64,000 nt of DNA from Trueperaceae bacterium (GTDB lineage: Bacteria > Deinococcota > Deinococci > Deinococcales > Trueperaceae): positions 4,032,001 through 4,096,000 of the forward strand of contig CBDCDZ010000004.1 of NCBI GenBank assembly GCA_965215565.1, in the 5' to 3' direction. The notes beneath the pieces are model-generated. The model ran no database searches, was not told where the DNA came from, and was given only the letters and a program-made list of their open reading frames with translations. Position 1 is the first letter of the stretch; every line of letters starts with the position of its first letter. A program made the position numbers and the translations under genes. Below are positions 1-10,640 of the stretch, piece by piece.

Positions 1-31
1 AAAGAAGTTGAAAGTAACGAGCAATGAGTGA

Positions 32-154
32 TACGGATTCCGATTGATTACTACATAAACTCCTGTCGGGTTGATTCCGTAATCACCGGAATCCGTAGTC
101 TTTTCAGCTCGCTACGCTCGGGGTAATTCCTACGGGAATTACCCGGAAACGGTA
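32..154 (+). mobile_element. SRE-like small repetitive element (family A), copy 1
   Basis: TACGGATTCCG...CCGGAATCCGTA hairpin plus GGTAATTCC...GGAATTACC hairpin, ends TAC...GTA, flanked by TGA (29-31, 155-157); homologous to 17773-17895 and 37192-37407. Confidence 0.8.
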
Positions 155-189
155 TGAAAACCAGAAACTCGTTGCTCGGAACTCATTGC

Positions 190-2277
190 TCATTGCTGCT
201 CTTGAAACCCCTTCCCCTCTTCCGCCAACCTCTTCAGCAGCGGCGCAGGTTCCCACAGTTTCCCGTGGACCTCATGAAACTGCTGAATATCCGCGACGAC
301 CTCTTTCAGCCCGACTTGCTCCGCGTAAAACATCGGTCCGCCCTTGTACGCGGGGAAGCCGTAGCCGTAGACGTAAATCACGTCGATGTCGCCCGCGCGC
401 TGCGCTATACCTTCGTCTAAGATCTTCGCACCCTCGTTGACGAGCTGATACATGAGGCGTTTTAGAATCTCCTCGCCGCTGATCTCACGGCGTTCTATGC
501 CAATGTCTGCTGAATGCTGAACGATGAGGTCTTCGATTTCTGGGTCAGGAATGGGCGTGCGGCTGCCCTCCTCGTAACGGTAGAAGCCCGCGCCCGTCTT
601 CTGCCCCAAACGCCCCAAGTTGTAAACCTTGTCCGACACTGCGGAGTAGCGCTCGCCCACGTCGCGCGTCGCGGCTTGCCGCTGGCGGATGCGGTAGCCC
701 ACGTCGAGCCCGGCTAAGTCGCCCACCGCAAAGGGTCCCATCGCCATGCCAAAATCTTTCATCACCTCGTCCACCTGCTGCGGGAGCGCCCCCTCTTCGA
801 CTAAGAAGTTCGCCTCGCGGGTGTACTTGTGGATCATCCGGTTGCCGACGAAGCCGTCGCAGACGCCCACCACCACCGGGACTTTGCGCATCTTTTTGGC
901 GAGGGACAGCGCGGTGGCGAGGGCTTCGTCCGAGGTTTCGTCGGCGCGCACGACCTCTAAGAGCTTCATGACGTTCGCGGGGCTGAAGAAGTGCGTGCCG
1001 AGCACGGCGCTAGGGCGAGAGGTCGAGGCGGCAATCTCGTTCACGTCTAAGGTGGAGGTGTTAGTAGCGAGGATGGTACCGGGTTGGGTAACGCGCTCCA
1101 GCGCTCCAAACACCTCTTTTTTGACGTCCATATCTTCGAAAACGGCTTCGATGATGAGGTCGGCGTCTTTGAGCGCACCGTAGCCCAGTACACCTTCGAT
1201 GAGACCCAGGCGTTCGTCCATGACCTCTTGCGACAAACGTCCCTTGTCCACTGTGCGCTGGTAGTTTTTACGAATTGTACTTAGCCCGCGCTCGAGGTTC
1301 TCACGTGCGGTCTCGAGCACCTTCACCTTCACCCCAGCGTTCGCGAAGTTCATCGCGATGCCGCCCCCCATCGTGCCCGCGCCGACGACGGCGGCGCGCG
1401 TCACCTCTTTAGGTTCGGCGTCTTCGAGCCCCGGCACCTTCGCCGCTTCGCGCTCGGCGAAGAAAACGTGGCGCAGGGCTTTCGATTGGTCAGACTCCAG
1501 CGCCTCCATAAACAGCGTGCGCTCGCGTTTCAGACCCTCGTCGAAGGGCAACGTGACGGCGGCTCGCACCGCGCCTATGCACCGCAGAGGTGCGTCTAAT
1601 CCTCTCGCCCTTTTCGCCGCTTGCGCTCGCGCTCCGGTGAAAAACGGCTCGAAGGGAACGGAGAGCTTGGGTTCCATCTCGCTGACGTTGCGCAAGCGTA
1701 CGCCGCTGCTGATAACTTTTTCGGCGTAGGTGAGGGCTCCTTCCAAGAGGTCGCCCTGAATGACGCCGTCAATGAGACCCAGCGCCTGCGCCTCCTCTGC
1801 TCCTATAGGCTCGCCCGTCGTGATAAAGTCCAGGGCTTTTTGCGCGTCGATGAGCCGGGGCAGCCGCTGGGTTCCGCCCGCGCCGGGCAAGAGCCCTAAC
1901 TTGACCTCGGGGAACCCTAAGCGCGTACCGGGCGCGGCGACGCGGTAATGGCAGCCTAGAGCAACCTCTAAACCGCCGCCCAGTGCGCTCCCGTGCATGG
2001 CTGCGACGATAGGTTTAGGCGTACCCGCCACGGCTGCGACGAGCTTGGGAATGTCAGGAACTTGCTCGCGGGGCAGGGCGAACGTTTTGATGTCCGCGCC
2101 CGCGATGAAGCTGCGCCCCGCGCCGATGAGCACGAACGCTTGTACCTCGTCATCGTCGCTGCCTCGCCCCAGCCCTTCAACAATCCCTTCGGGCACGCCG
2201 GGGCTCAGTACGTTCACGGGTGGGTTATCAACGGTTAAAACAGCAATCGGACCGTGGCGGTCGTAGGAAACGTTCAT
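190..2277 (-). CDS. 3-hydroxyacyl-CoA dehydrogenase / enoyl-CoA hydratase multifunctional beta-oxidation protein (FadB/FadN-type)
   Basis: N-terminal crotonase motifs (FIAGADI, GGGLE, PEVKLGLLPGAGGT); HAD domain GAGTMGGG, HFFSPAN. Confidence 0.95.
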   Translation of the reverse strand: MNVSYDRHGPIAVLTVDNPPVNVLSPGVPEGIVEGLGRGSDDDEVQAFVLIGAGRSFIAGADIKTFALPREQVPDIPKLVAAVAGTPKPIVAAMHGSALGGGLEVALGCHYRVAAPGTRLGFPEVKLGLLPGAGGTQRLPRLIDAQKALDFITTGEPIGAEEAQALGLIDGVIQGDLLEGALTYAEKVISSGVRLRNVSEMEPKLSVPFEPFFTGARAQAAKRARGLDAPLRCIGAVRAAVTLPFDEGLKRERTLFMEALESDQSKALRHVFFAEREAAKVPGLEDAEPKEVTRAAVVGAGTMGGGIAMNFANAGVKVKVLETARENLERGLSTIRKNYQRTVDKGRLSQEVMDERLGLIEGVLGYGALKDADLIIEAVFEDMDVKKEVFGALERVTQPGTILATNTSTLDVNEIAASTSRPSAVLGTHFFSPANVMKLLEVVRADETSDEALATALSLAKKMRKVPVVVGVCDGFVGNRMIHKYTREANFLVEEGALPQQVDEVMKDFGMAMGPFAVGDLAGLDVGYRIRQRQAATRDVGERYSAVSDKVYNLGRLGQKTGAGFYRYEEGSRTPIPDPEIEDLIVQHSADIGIERREISGEEILKRLMYQLVNEGAKILDEGIAQRAGDIDVIYVYGYGFPAYKGGPMFYAEQVGLKEVVADIQQFHEVHGKLWEPAPLLKRLAEEGKGFQEQQ

Positions 2278-2490
2278 AGTGGATGTCCTCTCCCAAAGTC
2301 GGTTGAGTGTAGCTTACCTAGAGAGAGGTTGGAAGGGACTCGTTGTTCTAACGTAGGAGAGACTAAAGGTCAGCTCTACGCTCTCCCTAGACGTTCTACC
2401 TCGAGTCTAGTCGGTTGGGCAGTTCCCGTCTTCTAAAGTCGCGTTTAGGTTTCGGGAGAAGCTCGAGGCGGACCTGTCGCAAGGACCTTC

Positions 2491-3336
2491 TTAAACCGCC
2501 ACCGCGTCAGGCGCGAGCACGAAGCGCCGAATCGCGGCGGCGACCACGCCGTCGTCGCAGTGTGGACCCACCCAGGTGGCGGCGGCTCTGACCTCGGCGG
2601 GCGCGTTGGCGGGCGCGACGCCGACGCCCAAGGGGAACATCGTCGCGTCCGCAGGCGAGTCGCCTAAAGCGAGCACGGGCGCGTCATCTAGCCCCAAATA
2701 GTGCCGTATCCACCGCGCCGCCTCGCCCTTGCTGGTGCGCTCGGAAATTACGCTCATCGCTTCGCGCGGGTCGTACGAACTCGGTGCGTAGTACGAGGGC
2801 GCGAGCCCCAGCGCCGTCCAGTCGTGGGCGGCGTAGAAAGGGGCGACGTCCTCACCGAAGAGGCTGAGCGAGGCGACACCTACAAAGTCGCTAAAAGGAG
2901 CGTGGTCGTTGACGGGCCTGTAGTAGCGCCGGTTGTCGAAGGGGGCGCGGCTCGTGTCGAAGGCGGGGTGCAAGTAGGCAGTCGCGCCGCGCCGCACAGA
3001 CCAGTGATGCGGCGTTTTGGCGAAGAGGTGGAAGACGTCTCGCGCCGTCGCGCGTGCGATGCTCTCGGTGTGAAGGACGCGCCCCTCCGGGTCTTGTACC
3101 AAGGTGCCGTTGGAGACGATGAGCGGCGTGTCTAAGCCCAGCGCTTCGTGGACCGGCAGCGCGCCGATGTAGCTCCTGGCGGTGGCGAGCACGACGGTCG
3201 CGCCCCTCGCCCGAGCCTCAGCGAGCGCCGCCACATTGTCGGGCAAAAGCTGCCCTGCGTCATTCAAGAGCGTGTGGTCGATGTCGGTGACGATGAGGTG
3301 AGGGAGGTGGGGGGCGTGAGACGTAAAGTGGGACAT
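2491..3336 (-). CDS. HAD-IIB (Cof-type) phosphatase
   Basis: DIDHTL motif I, ATAR, SKG, GDSPAD motif IV. Confidence 0.9.
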   Translation of the reverse strand: MSHFTSHAPHLPHLIVTDIDHTLLNDAGQLLPDNVAALAEARARGATVVLATARSYIGALPVHEALGLDTPLIVSNGTLVQDPEGRVLHTESIARATARDVFHLFAKTPHHWSVRRGATAYLHPAFDTSRAPFDNRRYYRPVNDHAPFSDFVGVASLSLFGEDVAPFYAAHDWTALGLAPSYYAPSSYDPREAMSVISERTSKGEAARWIRHYLGLDDAPVLALGDSPADATMFPLGVGVAPANAPAEVRAAATWVGPHCDDGVVAAAIRRFVLAPDAVAV

Positions 3337-3354
3337 GGGGAACCCTTTGTTGAA

Positions 3355-4050
3355 TTAAGAGGTGTGTGCGAACCCCTCCAAGAGCGAACGGAAGAGCGGC
3401 AGACCGTCCTCGGAGCCTAAGAGCGCGTCGGCGGCGCGTTCGGGGTGGGGCATCATGCCTAAGACGTTGCCGCGCGCGTTGACGATGCCTGCGATGTTGT
3501 TAAGGCTCCCGTTCGGGCTCGCCGCCTCGTCTATCTCGCCGCTCGGCGTGCAGTAGCGGAAGACGACGCGGTTGTCCGACTCGAGCCTCGCCAACGTGTC
3601 CATGTCCGCATAGTATCGCCCCTCATTATGTGCCACAGGTACGCTCAGCACTTGAGAATCTTCATACTTCGCCGTGAAGAGGGTGTCGGCGCGTTCAACG
3701 CGCAAGTGGACGCTTCTGCAGACGAAGTGCAGCGCCGGGTTGCGGGTCAGTGCGCCGGGCAAGAGCCCCGCCTCGGTCAAGATTTGGAAGCCGTTGCAGA
3801 TGCCCAAGACCGGACCGCCGCGCGCCGCGAACGCCTTTACTGCCCCCATGATCGGGCTCTTTGCCGCCACCGCGCCGCTCCTCAAGTAGTCGCCGTACGA
3901 GAAGCCGCCAGGAATGACGACCGCGTCGGTCTCTCCTAAATGTTCTTCTAGGTGCCAGACCATGCGCACGTTCGCGCCTAGACGCGCTAAGGCGTAGCGG
4001 GTGTCGTCGTCGCAGTTCGAGCCGGGAAAGCGGACTATGGAGAGGTTCAT
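3355..4050 (-). CDS. purQ: phosphoribosylformylglycinamidine synthase subunit PurQ
   Basis: FPGSNCD, GGFSYGDYLR, GICNGFQ, MMPHPER; start set at ATG 4050 (TAAAGT -10 box 6 nt upstream). Confidence 0.97.
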   Translation of the reverse strand: MNLSIVRFPGSNCDDDTRYALARLGANVRMVWHLEEHLGETDAVVIPGGFSYGDYLRSGAVAAKSPIMGAVKAFAARGGPVLGICNGFQILTEAGLLPGALTRNPALHFVCRSVHLRVERADTLFTAKYEDSQVLSVPVAHNEGRYYADMDTLARLESDNRVVFRYCTPSGEIDEAASPNGSLNNIAGIVNARGNVLGMMPHPERAADALLGSEDGLPLFRSLLEGFAHTS

Positions 4051-4166
4051 AGGCATACTTTAACGTCCGTCGCCTCGAGCTGTAATAAGGTGGCGTGGCG
4101 AAGCGGCGCAATACGCGCTTACAACGTGCTAGTGACGCGAAGTCTTTTCATGTTGCCGAGACACCC

Positions 4167-5265
4167 CTAAAAGTCGGTTGAGTAGTTCAGAGGAGTGAGG
4201 AGCGCTTTGAGCCAGGGCTTGCTGGGTTGTCCGGTGAAGCGTTGCCAGGGAGACTTGTTGCGAATGAGGTGATGATGCCATCTATAGCGGGCTTCTTTGA
4301 ACCAGTCCAAAGCGCGGTGGAAGGCTTTGACAACGCGCTTTTTGTTTCTTGACCATAGAGCGCTATAAAGGGTTTCCGAAGCGTTGTTGGTCAAGGGCAT
4401 CGCCTTGTACTGCCAGTAGAATTCAAGCTGCGTCCAGGCATTCAGTAGCGGCTCGAGCTGGGTTGCGCCGTAGCGAGCGGTGAGGACGCCTAGAAACCAC
4501 CTTGCATCTTTGAGGTTCGTGCAGGTATACAAGAAACGCAGATCAAGCGCCACGAGTTCACGCTCTCTCTTGGGGAACTGCTTCAAGACCTCTTCGATGA
4601 TGTGAAACCAACAGCGTCCATGCGGCTTGTCAGCGAAGTATTCACACGCCGCTTGGATGCTCTTACACCCATCACTGATGATCAGCTTAGGGTTGTGTGC
4701 AGCGATAAGCTCACGAACCACCTCTTCATCACGGTTCTCGCATAGGCGGTAGTCCATAACGGCTTGAGATTTAACATCAGTAAGCGTGTACATCCACCAC
4801 TCGCCTAGTTTGAATTCGTCTATGCTCGCGGCTTTGAGCTTAGTGGGCTTTGCCTGTTTCTCTTCTAGCCGCTCGGCTCTTAGAGCGCGTGTCCCTTGCC
4901 ATGAGGCGCGAGTTTCGCTCTGAATTGGATAACCTAAGTGCTCGGCTACCTCAGCAGCGCAGCTTTCATCAACCTGATGCACATCTAAGATGGCAAAGAT
5001 ACCCTCCACCTTTCGGCTGTACCACTTATAGCGCATGACACCCTCTGGGTAAACACACCCCAAGCTGCCTTTGCACCGCTGACAGCGCACACGCAACACT
5101 TTCTCTTCACGTATACCGTTTACATCTCGGTGTTTCCTGATGCGGTAGCCGCGTTACGGGCAGGCCGCCCTGCCGTTGCCACTCTCAGGCTTCCTTATCT
5201 CGCACTTAGGGCAACGTCTATCCAGTAAACTCGCTTTGGGGTAAGGGTTGTTCGTCGTAAACCAT
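4167..5265 (-). pseudogene. DDE transposase with N-terminal Zn-ribbon (CPKC...CQRC), disrupted
   Basis: ORF 4167-5099 has IDE, IISDG, RCWFH, TNNASE. The upstream in-frame CPKC segment carries a TAA inside a 27-nt insertion, and the RBS-preceded ATG at 5265 is one base out of frame. Confidence 0.75.
5151..5179 (-). mobile_element. 27-nt mini-insertion with GC duplication (SDR-like)
   Basis: GCAACGGCAGGGCGGCCTGCCCGTAACGC (minus strand), identical to 54308-54336; introduces an in-frame stop in the transposase. Confidence 0.7.
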
Positions 5266-5306
5266 TCTTACCCCTCTCTTCTACTCAACCGACTTTTCGT
5301 GCAACC

Positions 5307-6483
5307 CAGGGCTACCGCAAAGTCAGCTTTGAAGAAGTTTAAGGAGATAAGCACGGTCCCAGCCTGCTCTGAGGCGCTTAGCTTCCACGCCAGCTTTGAC
5401 AGTTTTGTCACGCTTCAAGAGGTTTATAGCTAGGTGTCTAAGGGCTACCCAACTTGCTTGGGCGTTTTCTATATGAGCGCGCGAGCTGTCTTCATCAAAG
5501 GCGACATCGAGTACCCAGTGAAGAGCATTCTCAATACCCCAGTGGAAACGTGCGGCTCTAAGCGCACGCGCTGCATCTAGGGGTAAGCTGGAGAGGAAAT
5601 AGCGGGTATGCTCACTGGTATTACCCTCCAGAGTGCGGGTTGCGTGAACTTTAACGAGGCTACTGAGTCCACGCCAAGCCTCACGCTCATGCAACCATTC
5701 AGGTACGGGCGAGACCCAACATTCACGGGTCTCAACACGCCCATGACCCCGCTCAGTGGTCTGGCTGTGTTCTAGTGCCCAGTCAACTTTACCGGCATAA
5801 GCGAAAAAGTCCTTGGTCTCTTCGAACAGAGTCGGATGGTTGTCTTTGAGCGCCAATACGTAGTGAGCGTGGTGTTCTCGAATGGTCCAGGCAATTTGTT
5901 TCTGTGTGCCCATAGCGTCCGTCGTTACCACTGCTCCAGCAGGATTAACGACTTCTAACAACTCAGGAATTACCGTTATCTCGTTGGTCTTGTCGGGCAC
6001 CCCCTTCTGGACCAGTACCACCTCGAACTGGCTTGACCAAACGCTCACTGTGTGCAGCGCGCCCAAGCCTTTTCTATGCGAGCGTCTCGCCGTTTTACCA
6101 TCAACTGCTAGTACCTCATCTTCCCCTTTGGGTAGTTCGGGCAACACCAGCGTCTGCGTCCACGCTAGAAATCTTGAGTGCCACACGTCAGGACTAAGCA
6201 GGGCAAAAACGCGCTCAAAGGTGTCCTGAGAAGGAACACCTGAAGGTAGCTCCAAAAAACTGCTCAGCCACGCTTCTTGTGCCAGCGCGTACTGATGAAT
6301 CTGACTGTAGGTATTGGCTCCGCAGATAACAGCCAAGATACTGATGCTTACTATGTCAAGCAGCTTGTGGCGAACGCCCCGTGGCTTTCGAGGGTCGGAT
6401 AGGTCGGCAAAGTGTGTCAGCAGTTTCGGAACATCAACCTCTGTCATACCTGACTCTACCCCTGTGACTTTGCGGTAGCCCTG
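5307..6483 (-). mobile_element. ISAs1-family insertion sequence, apparently intact
   Basis: Perfect 19-bp TIR CAGGGCTACCGCAAAGTCA (5307-5325 / 6465-6483); 10-bp TSD TCGTGCAACC (5297-5306 / 6484-6493). Confidence 0.95.
5323..6447 (-). CDS. ISAs1-family transposase (374 aa)
   Basis: DPR..RHKL, PSQDTF, AVDGKT, TDAMGTQ, HWGIENALHWVLDVAFDED. The ORF-track extension to 7077 is read-through from the disrupted protease. Confidence 0.95.
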   Translation of the reverse strand: MTEVDVPKLLTHFADLSDPRKPRGVRHKLLDIVSISILAVICGANTYSQIHQYALAQEAWLSSFLELPSGVPSQDTFERVFALLSPDVWHSRFLAWTQTLVLPELPKGEDEVLAVDGKTARRSHRKGLGALHTVSVWSSQFEVVLVQKGVPDKTNEITVIPELLEVVNPAGAVVTTDAMGTQKQIAWTIREHHAHYVLALKDNHPTLFEETKDFFAYAGKVDWALEHSQTTERGHGRVETRECWVSPVPEWLHEREAWRGLSSLVKVHATRTLEGNTSEHTRYFLSSLPLDAARALRAARFHWGIENALHWVLDVAFDEDSSRAHIENAQASWVALRHLAINLLKRDKTVKAGVEAKRLRAGWDRAYLLKLLQS

Positions 6484-6497
6484 TCGTGCAACCTCGG

Positions 6498-7692
6498 AGA
6501 TTCTAACACCTGTACTCTCTATGGTATAAACGGGAGAACCACTATCTCCACTTTCACTATTCGCATTGGCTTGATACTGACAGACGAAGTACTTATCGGT
6601 GTCTTTCTGTCTAACTTTGAAACACGTTTGAATAATCTTACCAGCCGTAACGCCCGTTGTTTTACCCACCTTTTCTACAATTCTACCAGAGTAGAGCTGG
6701 CTATTATCCGTTCTTTTGCCAACTACCGGTAGAGGGTTTTTTGGTGTTATCTCTTTTCCAGGTTTGTTGGATACACGGGCTATCTTGCCTAGACCAACGC
6801 TAACGTTAGTGTCGTATCCGACGAATGCAGAATCGCTATAACGGCAATCGCGTTGAAGAGAGCAAAAGAACCTGCCCTCCCCTCTAAACGGTGGATCAAC
6901 AGTCTCGAGACCAATTCTAGTACCACTAGATTGATAGGCCTGATAAAATCTAGTCCCAGTAGACTGTCCCAGCTTTTCAGTACAGTGGGAGTTAGTCACG
7001 AATCCTTTAACGCCATTATGTACAGCATTAAAACCGAGCACATGAGCTACCTGGGTTTTGGTCAATGAGTATGCCACCTTGCGTTGGTCTCACGGTACTT
7101 TTCAGAGTAGTAGCCGTAGGTGCAGGCGCTTGCTCAACAGCAACGGTTACGGCGTCCTGCGGTATGTTGAACCTAATGATAGCCGCGCGTATTTTGTTTG
7201 CTATCTCTTCGTTCTCGACGCCAAGACATATCTCGTTAGCTACCTCGTCAATGTCGATAATGTTGATACCTACCTCTTCCGCTTTGCTCTCAAACTTCTC
7301 GAGCAACTCGCTCAGCTCCGCAAACGAATATTTGACCTCTTGCGTTATGAGGTTCGGCTCAACCGACTGACTGGACAAGGTTTCTACAGCCCCGAAAACG
7401 TCTTGACCAAACTGCTTGACTAAAGCCGCTTCTATGTCGCTCACACTCGCAGTCTGAAGCTCACTTCTTGCCATGTTCACTACGAGGTCATTGTTGTCGT
7501 CGTAGTAGATGCCCGCGAACCCTGGAACGTCCGCGCCTATCTCTAGAAATTGCTCATCCAGTGTTTTGGGAATATCCGTAAGGTCTGCTTGAGACCCTTC
7601 TGGCTCTGCTTCGAAACTACATGATCCTAACGCAAGTAGCAAAAGCATGGAGAAGATGAGTTTTACATGAGAGGAGGGGTAATTTTAGACAT
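6498..7692 (-). pseudogene. Lipoprotein S1 (chymotrypsin/alpha-lytic-like) serine protease with propeptide; frameshifted twice and truncated by IS
   Basis: Lipobox LGSC; triad motifs VTNSHC, YSDSAF, GDSGSP; frame breaks near 7680 and 7040; AGGAG before ATG 7692. Confidence 0.8.
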
Positions 7693-7864
7693 GGTAACTC
7701 CTAGAGGTCAAAAAGTACTCAACAACAACCGATGCGCCGATGCTAACTACTTTGAGCGGTGCCGCAGCTCCCTTGCCTCCGAAGTATCAATGTTTATAAC
7801 TGTGCAGAAGTTACCATGGATGTAGGAAAAATCAAGTTTTTGACTCTTCATCAATCTTTAAGGA

Positions 7865-7897
7865 AAAGGCTCCTCATTCACGAACAGAGGAGCCTTT
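7865..7897 (-). terminator. Intrinsic terminator hairpin downstream of TPR gene
   Basis: AAAGGCTCCTC...GAGGAGCCTTT. Confidence 0.65.
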
Positions 7898-7922
7898 AAT
7901 GTCTGGTAATGTCTCTGCAAGC

Positions 7923-10097
7923 CTACTGCGCCTGACTCCGCACCTGCTCCAACAACTCACTAAAGCTAAGCTGCTCTTCCGCGCCGACTTGCACCGAGGT
8001 CTCGGTGAGTTCGGGGCGGAGCGTTACCGCCTGCTCGAGCGGTCCCACCGCCTGCGCGTAGCGCTCTAGGTCGTAGTAGATGAGCCCCAAGTTAAGCTGC
8101 GCTTCGGCGTTCTCGGGGTCGGCAGCGACGGCGCGTTCCAGATACTCGATCGCCCTATCGAAGCGCCCCAAGCGGAAGTAAGCGAAGCCCAAGTTATTGA
8201 GCACGGGGGCGCTGTCGCTCAACTCTTCGGACGCTTGCTCGTAGCTCGTCACGGCGTTTCGCAAATCGCCCTGAAGCTGCCGGGCGTACCCCTGATAAAA
8301 GGCTAAGAGCCCGCTGTTTTGCAGCTCTAGCGCCTGCGTGAAGTTCTGCTCGGCGGCGGCGGCGTTCTCCGCCCCCAACGCCGCGAGCCCCGCGCTAAAG
8401 AGCGAGGCGGCTTCGCCCTCCAAGTCGATAGGTTCGCCTTGAGTGAGCGCCTGGTTCTGAGCGATGAGTTGTCTGGCTCTCTGTGCTTGCGCTAGCTCCG
8501 GGTCGAGGCTGAGCGCTTCATCTAAAGCATTGAGCGCCTGGTCGTAGCGCCCGGCGCGCCCTAGCGCGACGCCGTAGAGCGCGTACAATTCGGCGTCTTG
8601 GGGCGACGCGGACAAGAGCGGTTCTAAAAGCTCGATTGCCCCGTCCGTCTGACCTGCCTCGAGGAGAATTTGCGCGAGGTTGAGCTGAACGGTACTGTTC
8701 GTCTGCGAGGCGTTCTCTAAGGTCGCTCTCGCGTCGTCCAACTTGCCCTGCTGCGCCTGCGCGATGGCGAGTTCGTTCGTCACGCGCAGGTTGTCCGGTG
8801 CGAGGCTTTGCGCTTCTTGCAGGACGCTTTCAGCCGCCGCGTAGTCCTCTGTTTGCGACAGCAGCGACGCCTCGGCGAGCGCTAGGCTCACGTCTTGCGG
8901 GTAGGCGCTGCGCCCCTCGCGGACGATCTCCAGAGCTTGCGGTGAGACCTCGCTCGGCAGTTCGGCGGCGAGCGCGTACACATCGGCGGCGGGCGTCTCC
9001 TCGGTGAGCGTCTGCAAGTAGCTGAGCGCGCCCTGCGCGCCGCCTTGCTCGAGCGTTTCGCTGATGAAAGCGCGCTTTAAGGTGGTGGAGTCAGGGACGT
9101 TGGTGGTGCCCTGCTCTAAAGTTTCCAACGTGGCTTGCGCGTCCCCTTGCGCCGCCTGCGCCGAGGCGAGGTCTAAGTAAGCGGGGACGTAGCGCGGGTA
9201 GACGCCAAGCGCCGCTTCTAAATTAGCAATATCGCCTTGCAACCGCCCGAGTCCGGCTAGGGCGAGCGCGTGCGCGGGGTTGAGCAAAAGCGCCGCTTCG
9301 AAAGCGGTTTGCGCCGTCGCCTCGTCGCCGCTCGCCAGGAGCACCGCGCCCCGCGTGACGAGCGCCTCGACGTCTTCGGGAGCGCTCTGAATCGCTGCTA
9401 AAGAGGTGCTGAGCGCGTCCTCCAGTGCGTTCGTGCGCGCGAGAATCTCGGCTTGCTCGGACAAGACCCAGCTCGAGTCAGACTCGAGTCCCAACACTGT
9501 CTCCAGCGCCGCCGAGTCGCTCGTCTGCAACCCCAACGACGCCTCCGCGACGGCGCTCAGGTTTTCCAAGGGCGGCGTTTGCGCGAGCACCGCGTCAATT
9601 TGCTCTCTATCTTGCGCGCTTACGCTCAGTCCCAACTCGCTAACGACGGTGTTCGTTACCGACGTGAGGAGCGCTCCTGGCGCGTCCAGTGCGCCGTTGA
9701 CGGTGACGACTCGGGGCGTGGGGTAGTCGGGTCCAGCGAAGATAATCTGTACCTGCGCCTGATTCCCCGAGACCTCCACCACGCCGCTCACGAGCGCCGC
9801 AGCGTCATACGCCTCCGCGAACACCTCCGGGCTGAGCGTGCCCTGACCCTCGAAGCGCTGCGCCACGAGAAGCGTGTCGCCGACGGGCGGTGCGTAGACG
9901 CCGTCGATGACGTTGAGCACGCGCTGAAGTCCGGTGGCGATACCTAAACGGTAAGGGGCTGCGTTCCCTTGCGCGTCGAAAGCGAGCACGGGCAAGCGCG
10001 TAACCTCTTGGGGGGCGGAAGGTTGAGCGAAGTTTTGGGCGGCTGTGAGAGCCAGCAAAAGGGCGGTCATAAGGGCAAAAAGAGTGCGTTTCATCAC
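7923..10097 (-). CDS. Exported tetratricopeptide-repeat protein
   Basis: Signal peptide; many TPRs (e.g. NNLGFAYFRLGRFDRAIEYLERA). Confidence 0.85.
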   Translation of the reverse strand: MMKRTLFALMTALLLALTAAQNFAQPSAPQEVTRLPVLAFDAQGNAAPYRLGIATGLQRVLNVIDGVYAPPVGDTLLVAQRFEGQGTLSPEVFAEAYDAAALVSGVVEVSGNQAQVQIIFAGPDYPTPRVVTVNGALDAPGALLTSVTNTVVSELGLSVSAQDREQIDAVLAQTPPLENLSAVAEASLGLQTSDSAALETVLGLESDSSWVLSEQAEILARTNALEDALSTSLAAIQSAPEDVEALVTRGAVLLASGDEATAQTAFEAALLLNPAHALALAGLGRLQGDIANLEAALGVYPRYVPAYLDLASAQAAQGDAQATLETLEQGTTNVPDSTTLKRAFISETLEQGGAQGALSYLQTLTEETPAADVYALAAELPSEVSPQALEIVREGRSAYPQDVSLALAEASLLSQTEDYAAAESVLQEAQSLAPDNLRVTNELAIAQAQQGKLDDARATLENASQTNSTVQLNLAQILLEAGQTDGAIELLEPLLSASPQDAELYALYGVALGRAGRYDQALNALDEALSLDPELAQAQRARQLIAQNQALTQGEPIDLEGEAASLFSAGLAALGAENAAAAEQNFTQALELQNSGLLAFYQGYARQLQGDLRNAVTSYEQASEELSDSAPVLNNLGFAYFRLGRFDRAIEYLERAVAADPENAEAQLNLGLIYYDLERYAQAVGPLEQAVTLRPELTETSVQVGAEEQLSFSELLEQVRSQAQ

Positions 10098-10133
10098 CCA
10101 GAAGTATACCTAGTGAGGCGTGAGAAGCAACCG

Positions 10134-10544
10134 TCAGGTCAAGCTGAACCCGTCGGGCAGAAGCTCGGCTGTGCTGAAGCGCTTGACGACGCCCTCGTGG
10201 TTGACCATGTACACGTCCGCGTCTCTCGAAAACTCGAACAGAATCTGCCGACACGCGCCGCAGGGCGTGGCGGGGTCTTCCGCCTCTGTATAGACGACGA
10301 GTTCGGAGAAGCTGCGCTCACCCGCCGACGCCATCGCCTGAATTGCGGACTGCTCCGCGCAGCGCGAGAGCCCATACGAAGCGTTTTCGATGTTCGCGCC
10401 CGTATAAATCTCGCCGCTCTCAGCGCGCAGCGCCGCGCCGACGCCGAACTCCGAATAGGGCACGTAGGCGTTGTCGCGGACGCGCTTAGCCGCGCCCAGT
10501 AAGTCCTGCGGCGCGGTAGGTTTTGAAGATGGAGTGGAAGACAT
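10134..10544 (-). CDS. cdd: cytidine deaminase
   Basis: AYVPYS, GANIENASY, CAE, PCGACRQ. Confidence 0.95.
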   Translation of the reverse strand: MSSTPSSKPTAPQDLLGAAKRVRDNAYVPYSEFGVGAALRAESGEIYTGANIENASYGLSRCAEQSAIQAMASAGERSFSELVVYTEAEDPATPCGACRQILFEFSRDADVYMVNHEGVVKRFSTAELLPDGFSLT

Positions 10545-10640
10545 GGGGCATTCTAGCAGCCGGGGTGGTGAGGAGGTAGGGAGATGAGGACGCGCTTCCT
10601 ATCTCCTCTTATCTAGCACCCGTTGCTACGCAGCTCGAGC

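Larger units (their letters stand above)
4158..6495 (-). mobile_element. Insertion sequence (DDE transposase, IS6/IS256-like fold, family uncertain), interrupted at one terminus by ISAs1
   Basis: Terminal IRs GAG-N8-AAAAGTCGGTTGAGTAG at 4158-4185 and, after removing ISAs1, 5281-5306 plus 6494-6495. Confidence 0.8.

Noticed and set aside
2295..2308. AAAGTCGGTTGAGT, a 14-bp match to the outer IS terminal repeat
   Set aside because: Isolated, lacks the GAG terminus and a partner; cannot be separated from chance.
5323..7077. 584-aa protease-transposase fusion ORF as a novel protein
   Set aside because: TIR and TSD boundaries show chance in-frame read-through from a broken protease across an IS end into the ISAs1 transposase.
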